From the NCBI GenBank assembly GCA_964626665.1, contig CAZVGK010000006.1, positions 1-64,000 on the forward strand: DNA of 64,000 nt. The letters run 5' to 3'. The notes under the pieces were generated by a model that worked only from the letters and a program-made list of their open reading frames with translations, searched no databases and was not told the origin of the DNA. Both the position numbers and the translations under genes were made by a program. This DNA comes from an uncultured Gemmatimonadota bacterium (GTDB taxonomy: Bacteria; SM23-81; DAOVCL01). Positions 47,676 through 58,080 of this stretch are shown here, piece after piece (position 1 is the first letter of the stretch; every line of letters begins with the position of its first letter).

Positions 47676-48890
47676 ATGGAAGGAGTTAAGCAAATGGGGA
47701 TTTCCCCGGGGAGTGAAGATTGGTCGGATCTCAACCGGGAGTTGAAGAGGAAGATCTTTGACTTGAGTAGCATCTATGACCTCTCCAGTCAGTTACAGAA
47801 GGAAGAGGACATGGAGAGGTTGGTCAACATCTTCCTCCTTAGCTTGGTGGGCAAGCTGGGATGTGTATCAGCCTCCCTCCTCTTACCCGATGAGAAGGGG
47901 ACCTTCAGGGTTAAGTACGGTAAGGGAGTTAATTGGGAGAGGGCAGCCCAGCTAAGGGTTACGGGGGAGTCTCCCCTTTGGGAGGAGTTAAGGAGAGAGG
48001 GTTATTTTTTCAGCGAGAGCGTAGCTCAGAGGGCGGAGAGGGATGTGCGCAGGATAATCCAGGCTACCGGAGCCAAGCTCCTCTTCTTTATCCCCTTCCG
48101 GGATGGGCAAAAGGCCTGCTTGACCTTGGGGGATAAGGTATCGCGAAGCCCGATCCGGGAGGAGGACCTGCAGATAATCTCTATCCTCTCCCATCAGATG
48201 TCTGCTGCCCTGGAGAGCCTGGTCCTCTTCAAGGAACTGAAGGATATGTATACCAGCGCGGTGATGGCCCTGATCGCCGCCGTGGAGGCGCGGGACCCAT
48301 ATACCAAGGGGCATGCGGAGCGCACCAGTCGTTGGGCAGTGAAGATCGCGCGGGAGATGGGAATGGGGGGCGAGGAGTTAAAGAGGTTTGGCTTCAATGT
48401 CCTTCTCCACGACATCGGGAAAATCGGCCTGAAAGAGAGCATAATCTGGAACCATCCGGGCAATCCCCTCACCCCCCTGCAGTGGGAGGAGGTGAGGTTA
48501 CATCCCCAGGTGGGGGCCAAAATCCTGCGGGAGGCTAAGTTCTTAGATGAGGCGGTGGAACTGGCCCTCCGTCATCACGAGAGGTTTGATGGGAAGGGTT
48601 ACCCGGATGGGCTCAAAAGGGAGGAGATTCCCCTCAAGGTGAGGATATTGAGTGTGGCCGATTCTTATGATGCGATGATCATCGATCGGCCTTACCGCAA
48701 GGCCCTCTCCCCCCAGGAGGCAATGGGGGAGTTGATCGGGGGCCAGGGGACCCAGTTTGACCCTCAGGTGGTGGATGCTTTTCTGCGGGTTTTGCAGAAG
48801 GATCAGCTTTCGCAGGTTATCGCGGATCTCGCCCAGGGAGCAACCCTCCCCAAGGGGAGTTCTGGGGACGTTTCCCCAATGGTTAATTAG
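47676..48890 (+). CDS. GAF-HD-GYP phosphodiesterase
   Basis: DPYTKGHAER, HDIGK, HHERFDGKGYPDGL, RPYR; start at 47676 or 47694. Confidence 0.9.
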   Translation: MEGVKQMGISPGSEDWSDLNRELKRKIFDLSSIYDLSSQLQKEEDMERLVNIFLLSLVGKLGCVSASLLLPDEKGTFRVKYGKGVNWERAAQLRVTGESPLWEELRREGYFFSESVAQRAERDVRRIIQATGAKLLFFIPFRDGQKACLTLGDKVSRSPIREEDLQIISILSHQMSAALESLVLFKELKDMYTSAVMALIAAVEARDPYTKGHAERTSRWAVKIAREMGMGGEELKRFGFNVLLHDIGKIGLKESIIWNHPGNPLTPLQWEEVRLHPQVGAKILREAKFLDEAVELALRHHERFDGKGYPDGLKREEIPLKVRILSVADSYDAMIIDRPYRKALSPQEAMGELIGGQGTQFDPQVVDAFLRVLQKDQLSQVIADLAQGATLPKGSSGDVSPMVN

Positions 48891-48924
48891 GTTGTTGATG
48901 CCAGACGATAGGAGGAGATAAAAG

Positions 48925-51900
48925 GTGAGAACGGTTGACGGAAGGTATGAGCTGGTAAAAAAGTTGGGAGAGGGGGGGATGGGGGAGGTCTGGCTGGTCA
49001 AGGACAGGGAGAATGAAGGCAAGGAGATGGCCCTGAAGGCTATCTCCCCCCAGGTGATCGGGGGGAAGGGAAGCGGATGCTTCCAGCACGAATTTGAGTT
49101 GCTCAGCAAATTGCGGCATCCCAATCTGGTGGAGGTGTATGATTTTGGCCAGGCCGAGGTGGGTTGTTTCTTTACCATGGAGTATGTGATCGGGGAGGAT
49201 CTCTTCTCCTATGCCCAAAAGAACCCGCCCTCCCAGCTTATGGAGGTGGTGGTGGGGGTGCTGCGGGCTTTGGAGTATATCCATTCTCGGGGGCTCATCC
49301 ATTATGATGTGAAGCCGGAGAATGTTAGAATAGGGAAGAAGGGGCAGGTGGTCAAGCTGATGGACTTGGGTTTAGCCGGGGAGGGGGGGATGACCGCTGC
49401 GGGGAGGGTAAAGGGAACATTGGCCTACATCGCCCCGGAGATAGCCCGGGGGATAGAGGTGGATAAGAGGGCAGACCTCTACTCTTTAGGTGTTACCCTC
49501 TGGTATATACTCAGCGGTGAGCTTCCCTATGGGGGGAAAACCCCCTGGGAGGTGATGAGAAGTCAGGTGGGTAAAGGGGGCCTTGCGGTTCCCGCCAACT
49601 TTGCCCCGCCCTGGAAGGATGTTCTCCTCAAACTGCTCTCCCCAGAGCCCTCCGAGAGATATTCCAGCGCTAACGAAGTGATCAGGGCGATCAGCAAGCT
49701 TACTGGGAAGAAGTTTCCTACTGAAACCCAGGAAACGAAGATAAGCTACATATTGAGTGGGAAGTTTGTGGGCCGAGCCAAGGAGCTAAAGCGGCTTACG
49801 CAGATTATGAAGGGAAGGTTTACTGGTGATGGGGGAGGGGAACCGGCCCTGGTTCTCTTAAAGGGGGAAAGGGGGGTGGGGAAGAAGAGGCTCTTGCGGG
49901 AGTTGAAGTATAGGGCCCAATTGGAGGGGTTTAGCTTCTACTCGGGCAGGTGCTATGAGGAGGGGGGAGACCCCTACGGGCCCTGGGCGGAGATACTCCG
50001 TCGGCTGGTGGTGACCTTGAATATGGAAGATCCGACGCTGCAGCCATATTCGCCGGAGTTAGTGAAGCTCCTTCCCTCCCTCATCGCTGCCCAACCCGCA
50101 CCGGAGCTGGAGCCAGGCCAGGAGAAGCTGCGGCTCCACGAGACGCTCACCAACTTCTTCGGCCAGATCTCCTCGGCCAAGCCCCTTTTGTTGAACCTCA
50201 CCGATATGCAGTGGGCGGATGAGGGAACCCTGGAATTCCTCTCCTATCTGGCCAGGAATAGCAGGCAGGAGAAGATATTCATCTGTTGCGCCCTGCAGGA
50301 TGGTGAAGGGCAACCGGCCCTCATAAAGGGGATGGAGGGCGAGGACTATTGCCAGACCATTTCCCTGGACAGGTTGAGGACAGCCGAGATGGAGGAGCTG
50401 ATTGCCTCTATGTTAGGGATCAAGCAGGTTCCCCCAGGGTTGGAGGGGAAGGTGATTAAGCGGACTGGCGGCAACTCCCTGTTGTTGGAGGAGACGATGA
50501 AATCCCTCAGCGAGGAGGGGATCATCTACCGCCAGGACGGTAGGTGGAGATGTAACTCAGATCGGCTAACCGCATTTGAGGTCCCTGGTTCGGTAAGTGG
50601 GGCGGTGGAGAAGAGGTTAGAGAGACTCTCCCCTGAGGAGTTAAAGGTTTTACGGGCACTTGCGGTGATCAACCATCCGGTTGAATTGCAACTCCTCTGG
50701 AAGATCCTCTCCTTGCCCCCCGAGGGCCTGCATGTAGTGGTTGCCGATTTGGAGGCCAAAAGGTTGGTGAGGAAGAGCTGGCACTCCGGGAGACCTATCG
50801 GGGAGATCTCCCAACAGACCACCTCCAACCTGGTCTATTCCCGCATCCCTGCCCAGGAGAGGAAAACCTTACATCAGAAGGTGGGGTCAGTGCTGGAAAA
50901 GGGGAAGGTGGGAGCAGAGGAGCTTGCCTACCACTTCCAGAGGGGTTTAGGAGGGGCCAAGGTGGCCACCTATTGCTGGAAGGCGGGGCTGAGGGCCAAG
51001 AAGCTTTATAGCAATGAGAGCACCATCTCCTACTTCCAGTCTGCCTTGGAAAATTTGGGGGAGGAGAAGAGAGGGCTCAGGGCCAAAATCCTTGGTGAAT
51101 TGGGGGAAGTCTTTAGGCATACCGGTGAGTTGGAAAAGGCTATCCAGGTCTATGAACAGGTTTTAAGGGATTATGGCGCGGAGTTGAACCAGCGACCAAA
51201 GGTGCAGCTTCATATCAAGTTGGCCACTGCCTGGGAGAACAGGTCGCAGTATGAAAAGGCCCTGGCTGTGCTCCAGGAGGGAAGGGAGTTTTTGGGGGAG
51301 GGGGCGCAGGGGAGGCTTCCTGCCGAAATCATGGCGGATATGGCTATGGTGGAGCTGAGGAAAGGTGATTTTGACTCCTGCTTGCGGCTCGGCCAGCAGG
51401 GTTTGCAGGTTTTAGGCTCCCGAAAGACCTGCCGGGAGGGTGGGCTGCTCTATAATGTGCTGGGAAATGCTTACTTCTACCGAGGAGAGCCCAAGAAGGC
51501 GGAGAAGTTCTACCAGAAGAGCCTGGGGATAAGGGAGAAATTGGGGAATCAGAGAGCCGTCTCTTCATCGCTGAACAACTTGGGGAACATCTACTTCATG
51601 CAGGGGGAACACAGCAAGGCTGTGGACTACCATACCCGCAGTATGGAGATATCCGAGAGGATCGGAAACATTATGGGTGTCTCCGGTTCCCACATCAACC
51701 TGGGCAATATCTACCAGGTAGGGGGGCAACCCTCTAAGGCATTAAGCTACTTTCAGAAATCCTTGGAGATTAACCAGCGGGTGGGGGATAAAAATGGGCA
51801 GGCCTCCTGTATGAACAATATCGCTGGCATCCGCATAGACAAAGGTGACCTCCAGGGGGCAGCCGACCTCTTCCAGTCCAGTCAAGAGATCTTTCGCCAG

Positions 51901-52734
51901 ATAGGGAATAAGTTCGGTGAGGCAATGTGTTACGCTAACTTAGGGATAACCTTCTTTGCTCGAGGGAAGTATTCCCAGGCCTTAAGCTTCTATCGGAAGG
52001 GTCTGAAGATGGCTCGGTTGCTGAGTAACTCCTCACTGCAGGCTACGTCTCACAACAACTTGGGAGAGGCCTACCTCGCCTTAGGGGAGGTGAAGGGAGC
52101 GAGGAAGGAGATAGAGGAGGTTATCTCTATAACGGAGAAAAGTGGAGAGAAGCGGCTCTTGGCGGAGGCTTACAATCTTTTGGGCAAGGCCGAGCTGACC
52201 ACGGGAGAAATCTCGCGGGCGGAGGCTGCCCAGAGGAAGGCCTTGGAATACTCCACCCTGTTGGGGGATGAGCGGTTCCGGGGGCGGGCCTTTGTCGATT
52301 TGGGTCACATCGCCCTGAGGCAGGAAAAGGACGAGGAGGCCCTGGGTTATTGTGAGGAGGCCCTTTCCATTGCGGAAAGGCAGGGAGCCAAGGAGCTTTT
52401 GGCCGAGGCTTTCCTGCTCAGGGGCCAGGTGGAGGGGCGGCGCAGTTGGGGCAATAGATCGAGGGCCCTGAAATTCTTGGAGAGGACGATCAATCTCGCC
52501 CAGGAGATGGGGGTCCCTGAGCCGAACTGGAGAGGCCACTACCAGATGGGCAAGCTTTATCAGGAAGGCAAGTTCCTCCAAAAGGCGCTGCGCCACTATG
52601 CAGAGTGTGTGTCCATATTCAAGTCCTCCTGCTCTCAGATCAAAGTGGAGAGGCTTAAGTGGAGCTATCTTGAGGAGAAGGGGAGGCGGGAGGTCTTCGA
52701 GGCGATAAAAAAGCTAAAGAAAATCGCTCCATAG
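48925..52734 (+). CDS. Ser/Thr kinase - STAND-like NTPase - TPR protein
   Basis: GEGGMG, ALK, HYDVKPEN, DLG, APE; FVGRAKEL, GERGVGKK, TDMQWAD, TGGNS; long TPR array. Confidence 0.9.
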   Translation: MRTVDGRYELVKKLGEGGMGEVWLVKDRENEGKEMALKAISPQVIGGKGSGCFQHEFELLSKLRHPNLVEVYDFGQAEVGCFFTMEYVIGEDLFSYAQKNPPSQLMEVVVGVLRALEYIHSRGLIHYDVKPENVRIGKKGQVVKLMDLGLAGEGGMTAAGRVKGTLAYIAPEIARGIEVDKRADLYSLGVTLWYILSGELPYGGKTPWEVMRSQVGKGGLAVPANFAPPWKDVLLKLLSPEPSERYSSANEVIRAISKLTGKKFPTETQETKISYILSGKFVGRAKELKRLTQIMKGRFTGDGGGEPALVLLKGERGVGKKRLLRELKYRAQLEGFSFYSGRCYEEGGDPYGPWAEILRRLVVTLNMEDPTLQPYSPELVKLLPSLIAAQPAPELEPGQEKLRLHETLTNFFGQISSAKPLLLNLTDMQWADEGTLEFLSYLARNSRQEKIFICCALQDGEGQPALIKGMEGEDYCQTISLDRLRTAEMEELIASMLGIKQVPPGLEGKVIKRTGGNSLLLEETMKSLSEEGIIYRQDGRWRCNSDRLTAFEVPGSVSGAVEKRLERLSPEELKVLRALAVINHPVELQLLWKILSLPPEGLHVVVADLEAKRLVRKSWHSGRPIGEISQQTTSNLVYSRIPAQERKTLHQKVGSVLEKGKVGAEELAYHFQRGLGGAKVATYCWKAGLRAKKLYSNESTISYFQSALENLGEEKRGLRAKILGELGEVFRHTGELEKAIQVYEQVLRDYGAELNQRPKVQLHIKLATAWENRSQYEKALAVLQEGREFLGEGAQGRLPAEIMADMAMVELRKGDFDSCLRLGQQGLQVLGSRKTCREGGLLYNVLGNAYFYRGEPKKAEKFYQKSLGIREKLGNQRAVSSSLNNLGNIYFMQGEHSKAVDYHTRSMEISERIGNIMGVSGSHINLGNIYQVGGQPSKALSYFQKSLEINQRVGDKNGQASCMNNIAGIRIDKGDLQGAADLFQSSQEIFRQIGNKFGEAMCYANLGITFFARGKYSQALSFYRKGLKMARLLSNSSLQATSHNNLGEAYLALGEVKGARKEIEEVISITEKSGEKRLLAEAYNLLGKAELTTGEISRAEAAQRKALEYSTLLGDERFRGRAFVDLGHIALRQEKDEEALGYCEEALSIAERQGAKELLAEAFLLRGQVEGRRSWGNRSRALKFLERTINLAQEMGVPEPNWRGHYQMGKLYQEGKFLQKALRHYAECVSIFKSSCSQIKVERLKWSYLEEKGRREVFEAIKKLKKIAP

Positions 52735-52759
52735 CCGAATATTATTAGAGGAGCTAATT

Positions 52760-55700
52760 ATGGGTAGAAGGAAGAGTAGAACCATAGAGGGGTTTTTCCG
52801 GGAGGTGGATGGGCAGATAAAGGAGCTGGAGGGCAGATTGGGCCCATTTCAGGGAGAGCCATTAGGGGAAGGGGGGGTGAACTTAAAGAAGATGTTGGAA
52901 ATCTCCCGGGCGATGAATTCCACATTAGAGCTCGCCCACCTCTTAAGCTATGTGATGGACAAGGTGGTAGAGATCACCAGGGCGGAGAGGGGTTTCCTTA
53001 TCTTAGTGGGGAAGGGGGGCAACCTGGAGTTTAAGGTGGCTCGCAACCTGAGCCGGGAGGAGATAGCCAGCGCCGAGTTCGAGATCAGCCATTCGATAAT
53101 CGGGGAGGTAGTGAAGACCGTCCAGCCTATGCTTATAGAGAACGCATTTGAGGATGGGAGATTTGCCCAACAGGTCAGCGTGAGGGATTTGGAGCTGCGC
53201 TCCATTATGTGTGTTCCTCTGCAGGTCAAGGGCAAATTAACTGGCGTGGTCTATGTTGACAACCGTTCCGTAGTCGGCCAGTTTGATCAGGATGACCTCG
53301 ACCTCCTCATCCTCTTTGCCAGCCAGGCGGCCATTGCCATAGAGAACGCCCGGCTCTATGAGGATCTCCACCGCTCCCAGGAGGAGATTAAGAGGTGGAA
53401 CAGGGAGCTGGAGAGGAAGGTGGAGGAGAAGACCAGGGAGATCAGAACCTCGGAGGAGAAATATAGAGCCTTAGTGATGAATGCCTTGGCTGGCCTTTAT
53501 ATATTTCAAGACAGCAAGTTCAAGTTTGTGAATCCAGAGATAGAGTCGATCACTGGATATAGTCGAGAGGAGATAATAGGAAAGAGCTTCTGGGAGGTAG
53601 TTGCTCCCCATGATAGGAAGCTGGTTAAGGAGAGGGGACTGAGAAGGGAGGGGGGAGAGAAGGTTGAAAGCCATTATGGTTTTAAGATTGTGAGGAAGGA
53701 TGGTGAGTTGCGGGATGTGGAGGCTCTGGCCTCCCGCATAAAGTATGAGGGGAAACCAGCAGTGCAGGGCTGGATTAGGGACATTACCGAGGAGAAATGG
53801 GCACGGGAACAGACAAAACGGGGGTATAATCGGGTTAAGGAGTTAACCAGCATTGCCGGCAGCATCTTACGGGAGAGAGACCTAAAGAAGATATTGGATC
53901 AAATTGCCACCGCGGTAAAGGGGTTTGCCGGTTTCGGGAGGGTATTGATCTCCCTTATGGATAGGGACTTCAACGGCCGTCTAGTCTCCTTCGTGGGCCT
54001 GACCAAGAGAGAGGTGGAGGAGGTAAGGGGGAAGAGTATGACCCCTGAGGAGAGGAGGATGGTCTTCAGTGACCGTTGGCTGTTGGGCGGTTCATATTAC
54101 ATTCCCCACGATCAGATGCCCTTCCAGGATAGGGGCATACCCAGCCGGGCACCGCAGGGGGGCTTCCTGGGTTGGCACCCCAATGACCTGCTTCTCATAC
54201 CCCTGCGGGGGACCAAGGGGAGGTTTATCGGTTACATCTCGGTGGATGAGCCAGATGATGGACGAGTCCCTACGGCGGAATCCTTGGTTCCCGTGGAGCT
54301 TTTTGCCAAGTTAGCCTCCGTGGCCATCGAGAACGCCAACCTCTTTAGCGAACTCCAGCGCCGGCTCCAGGAACTAAATACCCTCAACCGCATTGGTGAA
54401 GTTCTTAGTTCCACCTTGGAGCTGGATGAGCTGCTGCCGGAGGTATATAAGCAGGCCAGCAGGGTAATGGATACCACCAACTTTTACATTGCCCTCTACG
54501 ATGAGGGTTTAGATGAGATTGAGTTCGTCTTCACGGTGGAGGGGGAGAGACAGCTCACGGATCCTCCGGTGAAAAGGTGGGGCGGAAAGGGGATGACCGA
54601 ATATATCATTCGAAACAGGGCGCCGCTCCTCGTGAAGAGGGATGTTGACAGGTGGCAAAAGGAGCAGGGGATCGAAATGATTGGGAAGCCCGCCTCCTCC
54701 TGGCTGGGTGTGCCGATCATTGCCGGGGAGAAGGTGTTAGGGGTCATTGGCGTGCAGAGCCACACCCAGGAAAACAGCTATGATGAGGGTCATCTCGAGC
54801 TGCTCTCCACCATTGCCTCCCAGGCCGCGGTAGCTATGGAGAACGCCAGACTCTTCGATAGATATGAGATGAAAGTAAACCAGCTCTCCACCATCTTAGA
54901 GGTGAGCAGGAGCCTCTCCCTCACCCTTTCCTTTGATGAGGTCCTCTCCGAGATCGCCTCTGATGTGCAGGGGCTTCTCAAGGGTGACCTCTCCGTTCTC
55001 TACGTCTTGGAGGAGGGGGATATATTAAGGCCAAAGGCGGTGATGGGCAATTATGCCCAAGAGATAATCGCCCATTCCCTGCAGGTAGGGGTTGGCCTGG
55101 CCGGATCCGTGGCCAAGAAGGGGAGCGCGCAGATACTAAATGATCTCCAAAGGGCCAAGAGGGATAGGCTTCCCATTAAGTCCCCGCTGACCCAATCCCT
55201 CCTCTCGGTTCCCCTTCTCTCCAAGGGAAAGATACTGGGCGCACTTACCGTGGCTCGGTTGGGGGAGGGAAGGAAATTTGCCCGGGAGGAGCTGGAACTC
55301 TGTGAGATCTTTGCCTCCCAAGCTGCGGGGGTATTGGAGGATGCCCAGCTCTTCGATGAGATAAACCGCGCCTATGAGCAGTTGAAGCTTACCCAACAGC
55401 AGCTTGTGCAGGCCGGGAAGCTGGCCGCGGTCGGGGAGCTGGCCGCGGGGGTGGCCCATGAGCTGAATAACCCTATTGGGGGGATCTTAGGCTATGCCCA
55501 ATATGCGCTGGAGAAGCTGAATAGGAGGACTACCCTTACCGACCAGGAGCTGGAGAGCTTGCACAAATACTTAGACTACATCCAGCAAGGTTCCCAGAGG
55601 GTTAAAGGTATTGTGGAGAATCTCCTCCGTTTCTCCCGGGCGGACTCCTCCGGATTCGGAAGCCTGGACATAAACAAGGTGTTAGAGAACTCCTTTGCCT

Positions 55701-56140
55701 TTACCCAGCACCAACTGAAGCTTAGTAAGGTTGAGGTGGTTAAGGAGCTAAATCTGGAAGTCCCTGCACTGAAAGGGAATGCCAACCAACTGGAGCAGGT
55801 CTTCACCAACCTGATTATTAATGCTGGTAAGGCAATGCCCCAGGGGGGAAAGCTCCAGATTAAATCGGGTTATGATGTAAAGAGTTCAACGGTCAAAGTT
55901 GAATTTGCCGATACCGGATGTGGCATCCCCCAGGAGAACCTGAATAAGATATTTGACCCCTTCTTTACTACGAGGAAGACTGGAGAGGGAACAGGACTGG
56001 GCCTCTCGGTGAGCTATGGCATTGTGAAGAACCATCAGGGGAAAATAGAGGTGAAGAGTAAGGAGGGGGAGGGGACCAGGTTTGTTATCAGCCTGCCGGC
56101 TGGCGAAGCCTCGCCTCAAAGTGAAGGACCCACTGGGTGA
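52760..56140 (+). CDS. GAF-PAS-GAF-GAF-GAF histidine kinase
   Basis: Repeated ..AIENA.L GAF ends, PAS ending in RDITE, H-box AHELNNP, N/G1/F/G2 boxes. Confidence 0.92.
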   Translation: MGRRKSRTIEGFFREVDGQIKELEGRLGPFQGEPLGEGGVNLKKMLEISRAMNSTLELAHLLSYVMDKVVEITRAERGFLILVGKGGNLEFKVARNLSREEIASAEFEISHSIIGEVVKTVQPMLIENAFEDGRFAQQVSVRDLELRSIMCVPLQVKGKLTGVVYVDNRSVVGQFDQDDLDLLILFASQAAIAIENARLYEDLHRSQEEIKRWNRELERKVEEKTREIRTSEEKYRALVMNALAGLYIFQDSKFKFVNPEIESITGYSREEIIGKSFWEVVAPHDRKLVKERGLRREGGEKVESHYGFKIVRKDGELRDVEALASRIKYEGKPAVQGWIRDITEEKWAREQTKRGYNRVKELTSIAGSILRERDLKKILDQIATAVKGFAGFGRVLISLMDRDFNGRLVSFVGLTKREVEEVRGKSMTPEERRMVFSDRWLLGGSYYIPHDQMPFQDRGIPSRAPQGGFLGWHPNDLLLIPLRGTKGRFIGYISVDEPDDGRVPTAESLVPVELFAKLASVAIENANLFSELQRRLQELNTLNRIGEVLSSTLELDELLPEVYKQASRVMDTTNFYIALYDEGLDEIEFVFTVEGERQLTDPPVKRWGGKGMTEYIIRNRAPLLVKRDVDRWQKEQGIEMIGKPASSWLGVPIIAGEKVLGVIGVQSHTQENSYDEGHLELLSTIASQAAVAMENARLFDRYEMKVNQLSTILEVSRSLSLTLSFDEVLSEIASDVQGLLKGDLSVLYVLEEGDILRPKAVMGNYAQEIIAHSLQVGVGLAGSVAKKGSAQILNDLQRAKRDRLPIKSPLTQSLLSVPLLSKGKILGALTVARLGEGRKFAREELELCEIFASQAAGVLEDAQLFDEINRAYEQLKLTQQQLVQAGKLAAVGELAAGVAHELNNPIGGILGYAQYALEKLNRRTTLTDQELESLHKYLDYIQQGSQRVKGIVENLLRFSRADSSGFGSLDINKVLENSFAFTQHQLKLSKVEVVKELNLEVPALKGNANQLEQVFTNLIINAGKAMPQGGKLQIKSGYDVKSSTVKVEFADTGCGIPQENLNKIFDPFFTTRKTGEGTGLGLSVSYGIVKNHQGKIEVKSKEGEGTRFVISLPAGEASPQSEGPTG

Positions 56141-56466
56141 GACCTCGAGTGTAAGAAGAATGTAGAATGAAAGAGCTATGGGCCCAGACAATAATCGGCA
56201 TCAGGAGATGCCTCCCACAACTTCTTGAAGATGGGACACGAATGCCTCGAATAAACGAATCTACACGAATGGGAGCCCCGTGTGTCGCAGATCGTTGCTC
56301 GTAAGATCGGGGAACGAACCGCAAAAACCGAATACCGAGAACCGATAGCAAAAAGCTGAGTCAATTAGGATTTGTGCTATTCGTCCATTCGTGGGATTTG
56401 TGTTCAAGGCCTTATCAACAACCCGTCAGGGCGGGGATCCTGACGTCACAGGAAAGGGGGTGAAAG

Positions 56467-56778
56467 ATGAGAGTTGACTTACAGAAGATAAAATCTGGGA
56501 TGAAACTTAGCGAGCCGGTCTTAAACCAACAAGGAGGCCTTTTACTCAAGGAAGGAGAGGTAATTACCCCTCAGCATCTTATGCTCTTTAAAACCTGGGG
56601 AGTTGGACAGTTTGAGGTCGAGGGTGAGTCTAAAAAGGAGGAGGGGACAAAGAAAGGAGAGGAGATAGAGAAGGAGGTTGAGGCCATATTCTCGGCCTCT
56701 GGTGGGGGAGAGATTATGGAGGAGATCAAGAGGGTAGCTAAAAAGATGAGGGCAGCTAAGGAGAGGAGTAGCCAATGA
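56467..56778 (+). CDS. Small protein resembling the N-terminal module of HD-GYP proteins
   Basis: IKSGMKL..PV....G.LLL.EG..IT..H...FKTWGV; ATGA overlap with the HDOD gene. Confidence 0.65.
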   Translation: MRVDLQKIKSGMKLSEPVLNQQGGLLLKEGEVITPQHLMLFKTWGVGQFEVEGESKKEEGTKKGEEIEKEVEAIFSASGGGEIMEEIKRVAKKMRAAKERSSQ

Positions 56779-57623
56779 ATGTAGGCCAATTGCATGGAAG
56801 GATAGAAAGAACCAGTGACCTTCCCACCCTCCCGGTCATCTACCAGAAGGTTAAGGATCTAGTGGATAACCCGCAGACTTCCGCATCAGATCTGGGCAAG
56901 GTGATTACCCAAGATCAGGTTCTTACCACGAAGCTCTTGAGGTTGGTCAACTCTTCATTTTATGGATCCCCCCAGAGGATAACCACGGTAAACCGGGCCA
57001 TCACTATAATAGGATTTAGGGCCTTAAAGGCTATGGTTCTGGCTACCTCTATCCTGAGGGCCTTCTCGCTGGATGGGAATGACGGCTTTCAGGGCGAGGG
57101 GTTTTGGCAGCACTCTATCGGGTGTGCGGTCGGGGCTAAGATAATTGGGAAGTATATAAAGTATGAGGAGCCTGATGAGCTCTTTGTGGCTGGTCTCATC
57201 CATGATATTGGGAAAGTGGTGGAGTATGTTGCCTTTGGTGCAGAACTAAAGGAGATACTGAGGATTACAGAAAAGGAGGGCATTTTCATCCGGGAGGCCG
57301 AGAACAGGGTTTTGGGGGCGGATCACGCCCAGATAGGGAGCATATTTATCCGCAAATGGAAGTTACCTCCCCAATTAATCGAGCCAATTACCTACCATCA
57401 TACCCCCCAGGAGGCCAAGGAATTCTCCCGGGAGGTGGGAGTGGTTCACCTCTCTGATATACTTATCAAGGCCTTGGGGTTGGGATGGGCGGGTGATTAC
57501 AAAGTCCCTCCCTTGGATTTAGGAGTGTGGGATAACTTGGGTTTGGCAATATCGGCCATAGAGCCTATTATGGAGGAGATGGAAGAGGGGTTCTGGGATG
57601 GGATCTCCATCTTAAAGGAATAG
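56775..57623 (+). CDS. HDOD-domain protein
   Basis: LPTLP, LLRLVNSSFYG, FWQHS, AGLIHDIGK, DHAQIG, WKLP. Confidence 0.92.
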   Translation: MNVGQLHGRIERTSDLPTLPVIYQKVKDLVDNPQTSASDLGKVITQDQVLTTKLLRLVNSSFYGSPQRITTVNRAITIIGFRALKAMVLATSILRAFSLDGNDGFQGEGFWQHSIGCAVGAKIIGKYIKYEEPDELFVAGLIHDIGKVVEYVAFGAELKEILRITEKEGIFIREAENRVLGADHAQIGSIFIRKWKLPPQLIEPITYHHTPQEAKEFSREVGVVHLSDILIKALGLGWAGDYKVPPLDLGVWDNLGLAISAIEPIMEEMEEGFWDGISILKE

Positions 57624-57668
57624 GCAAGGATCGGAGGATCAGGGGATCAGGGGAAAATGGAAATTATG

Positions 57669-57988
57669 GAGCCGTCAGATCCCCTGATCTGACAGCAGCT
57701 CCTTTCCCCGAGCGATCAGATGCCCTCATCTGACCGCAAAGGGTGGGTGACAGAATTGGGGTTCTGCCACCTCGATATGATCTTTCTATTCGTGCAGATT
57801 CGTCTATTTGTGTCATTCGTGTTCGAGTCCAGTGAACGGGCTAAAGCCCTATCAACCCCGGCTAAAGCCGGGTAGAAAAAAGCTCATCCTGAGCTGTCAA
57901 ATCCTCGAGTCTGACGGCAAAGGGAGATGGTGGCAGAATTGGGGTTCTGCCACCTCGATATGAGCGGTTAGATGCCCTCTTCTGACCG
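57669..57988. repeat. BIME-like mosaic of family D and family B palindromes
   Basis: Several GTCAGAT..ATCTGAC hairpins, two CAGAATTGGGGTTCTGCCACCTCGATATGA copies and one GGGCTAAAGCCC..GGCTAAAGCCGGGTAGAA. Confidence 0.8.
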
Positions 57989-58080
57989 TCTCTCCGACGA
58001 GCAAGAGTATAACCGACAATTAGCTGATTACTGATCACCGATCACTGTATTACTGGGTGAGCCGTTATAAGGAGTAGAAT

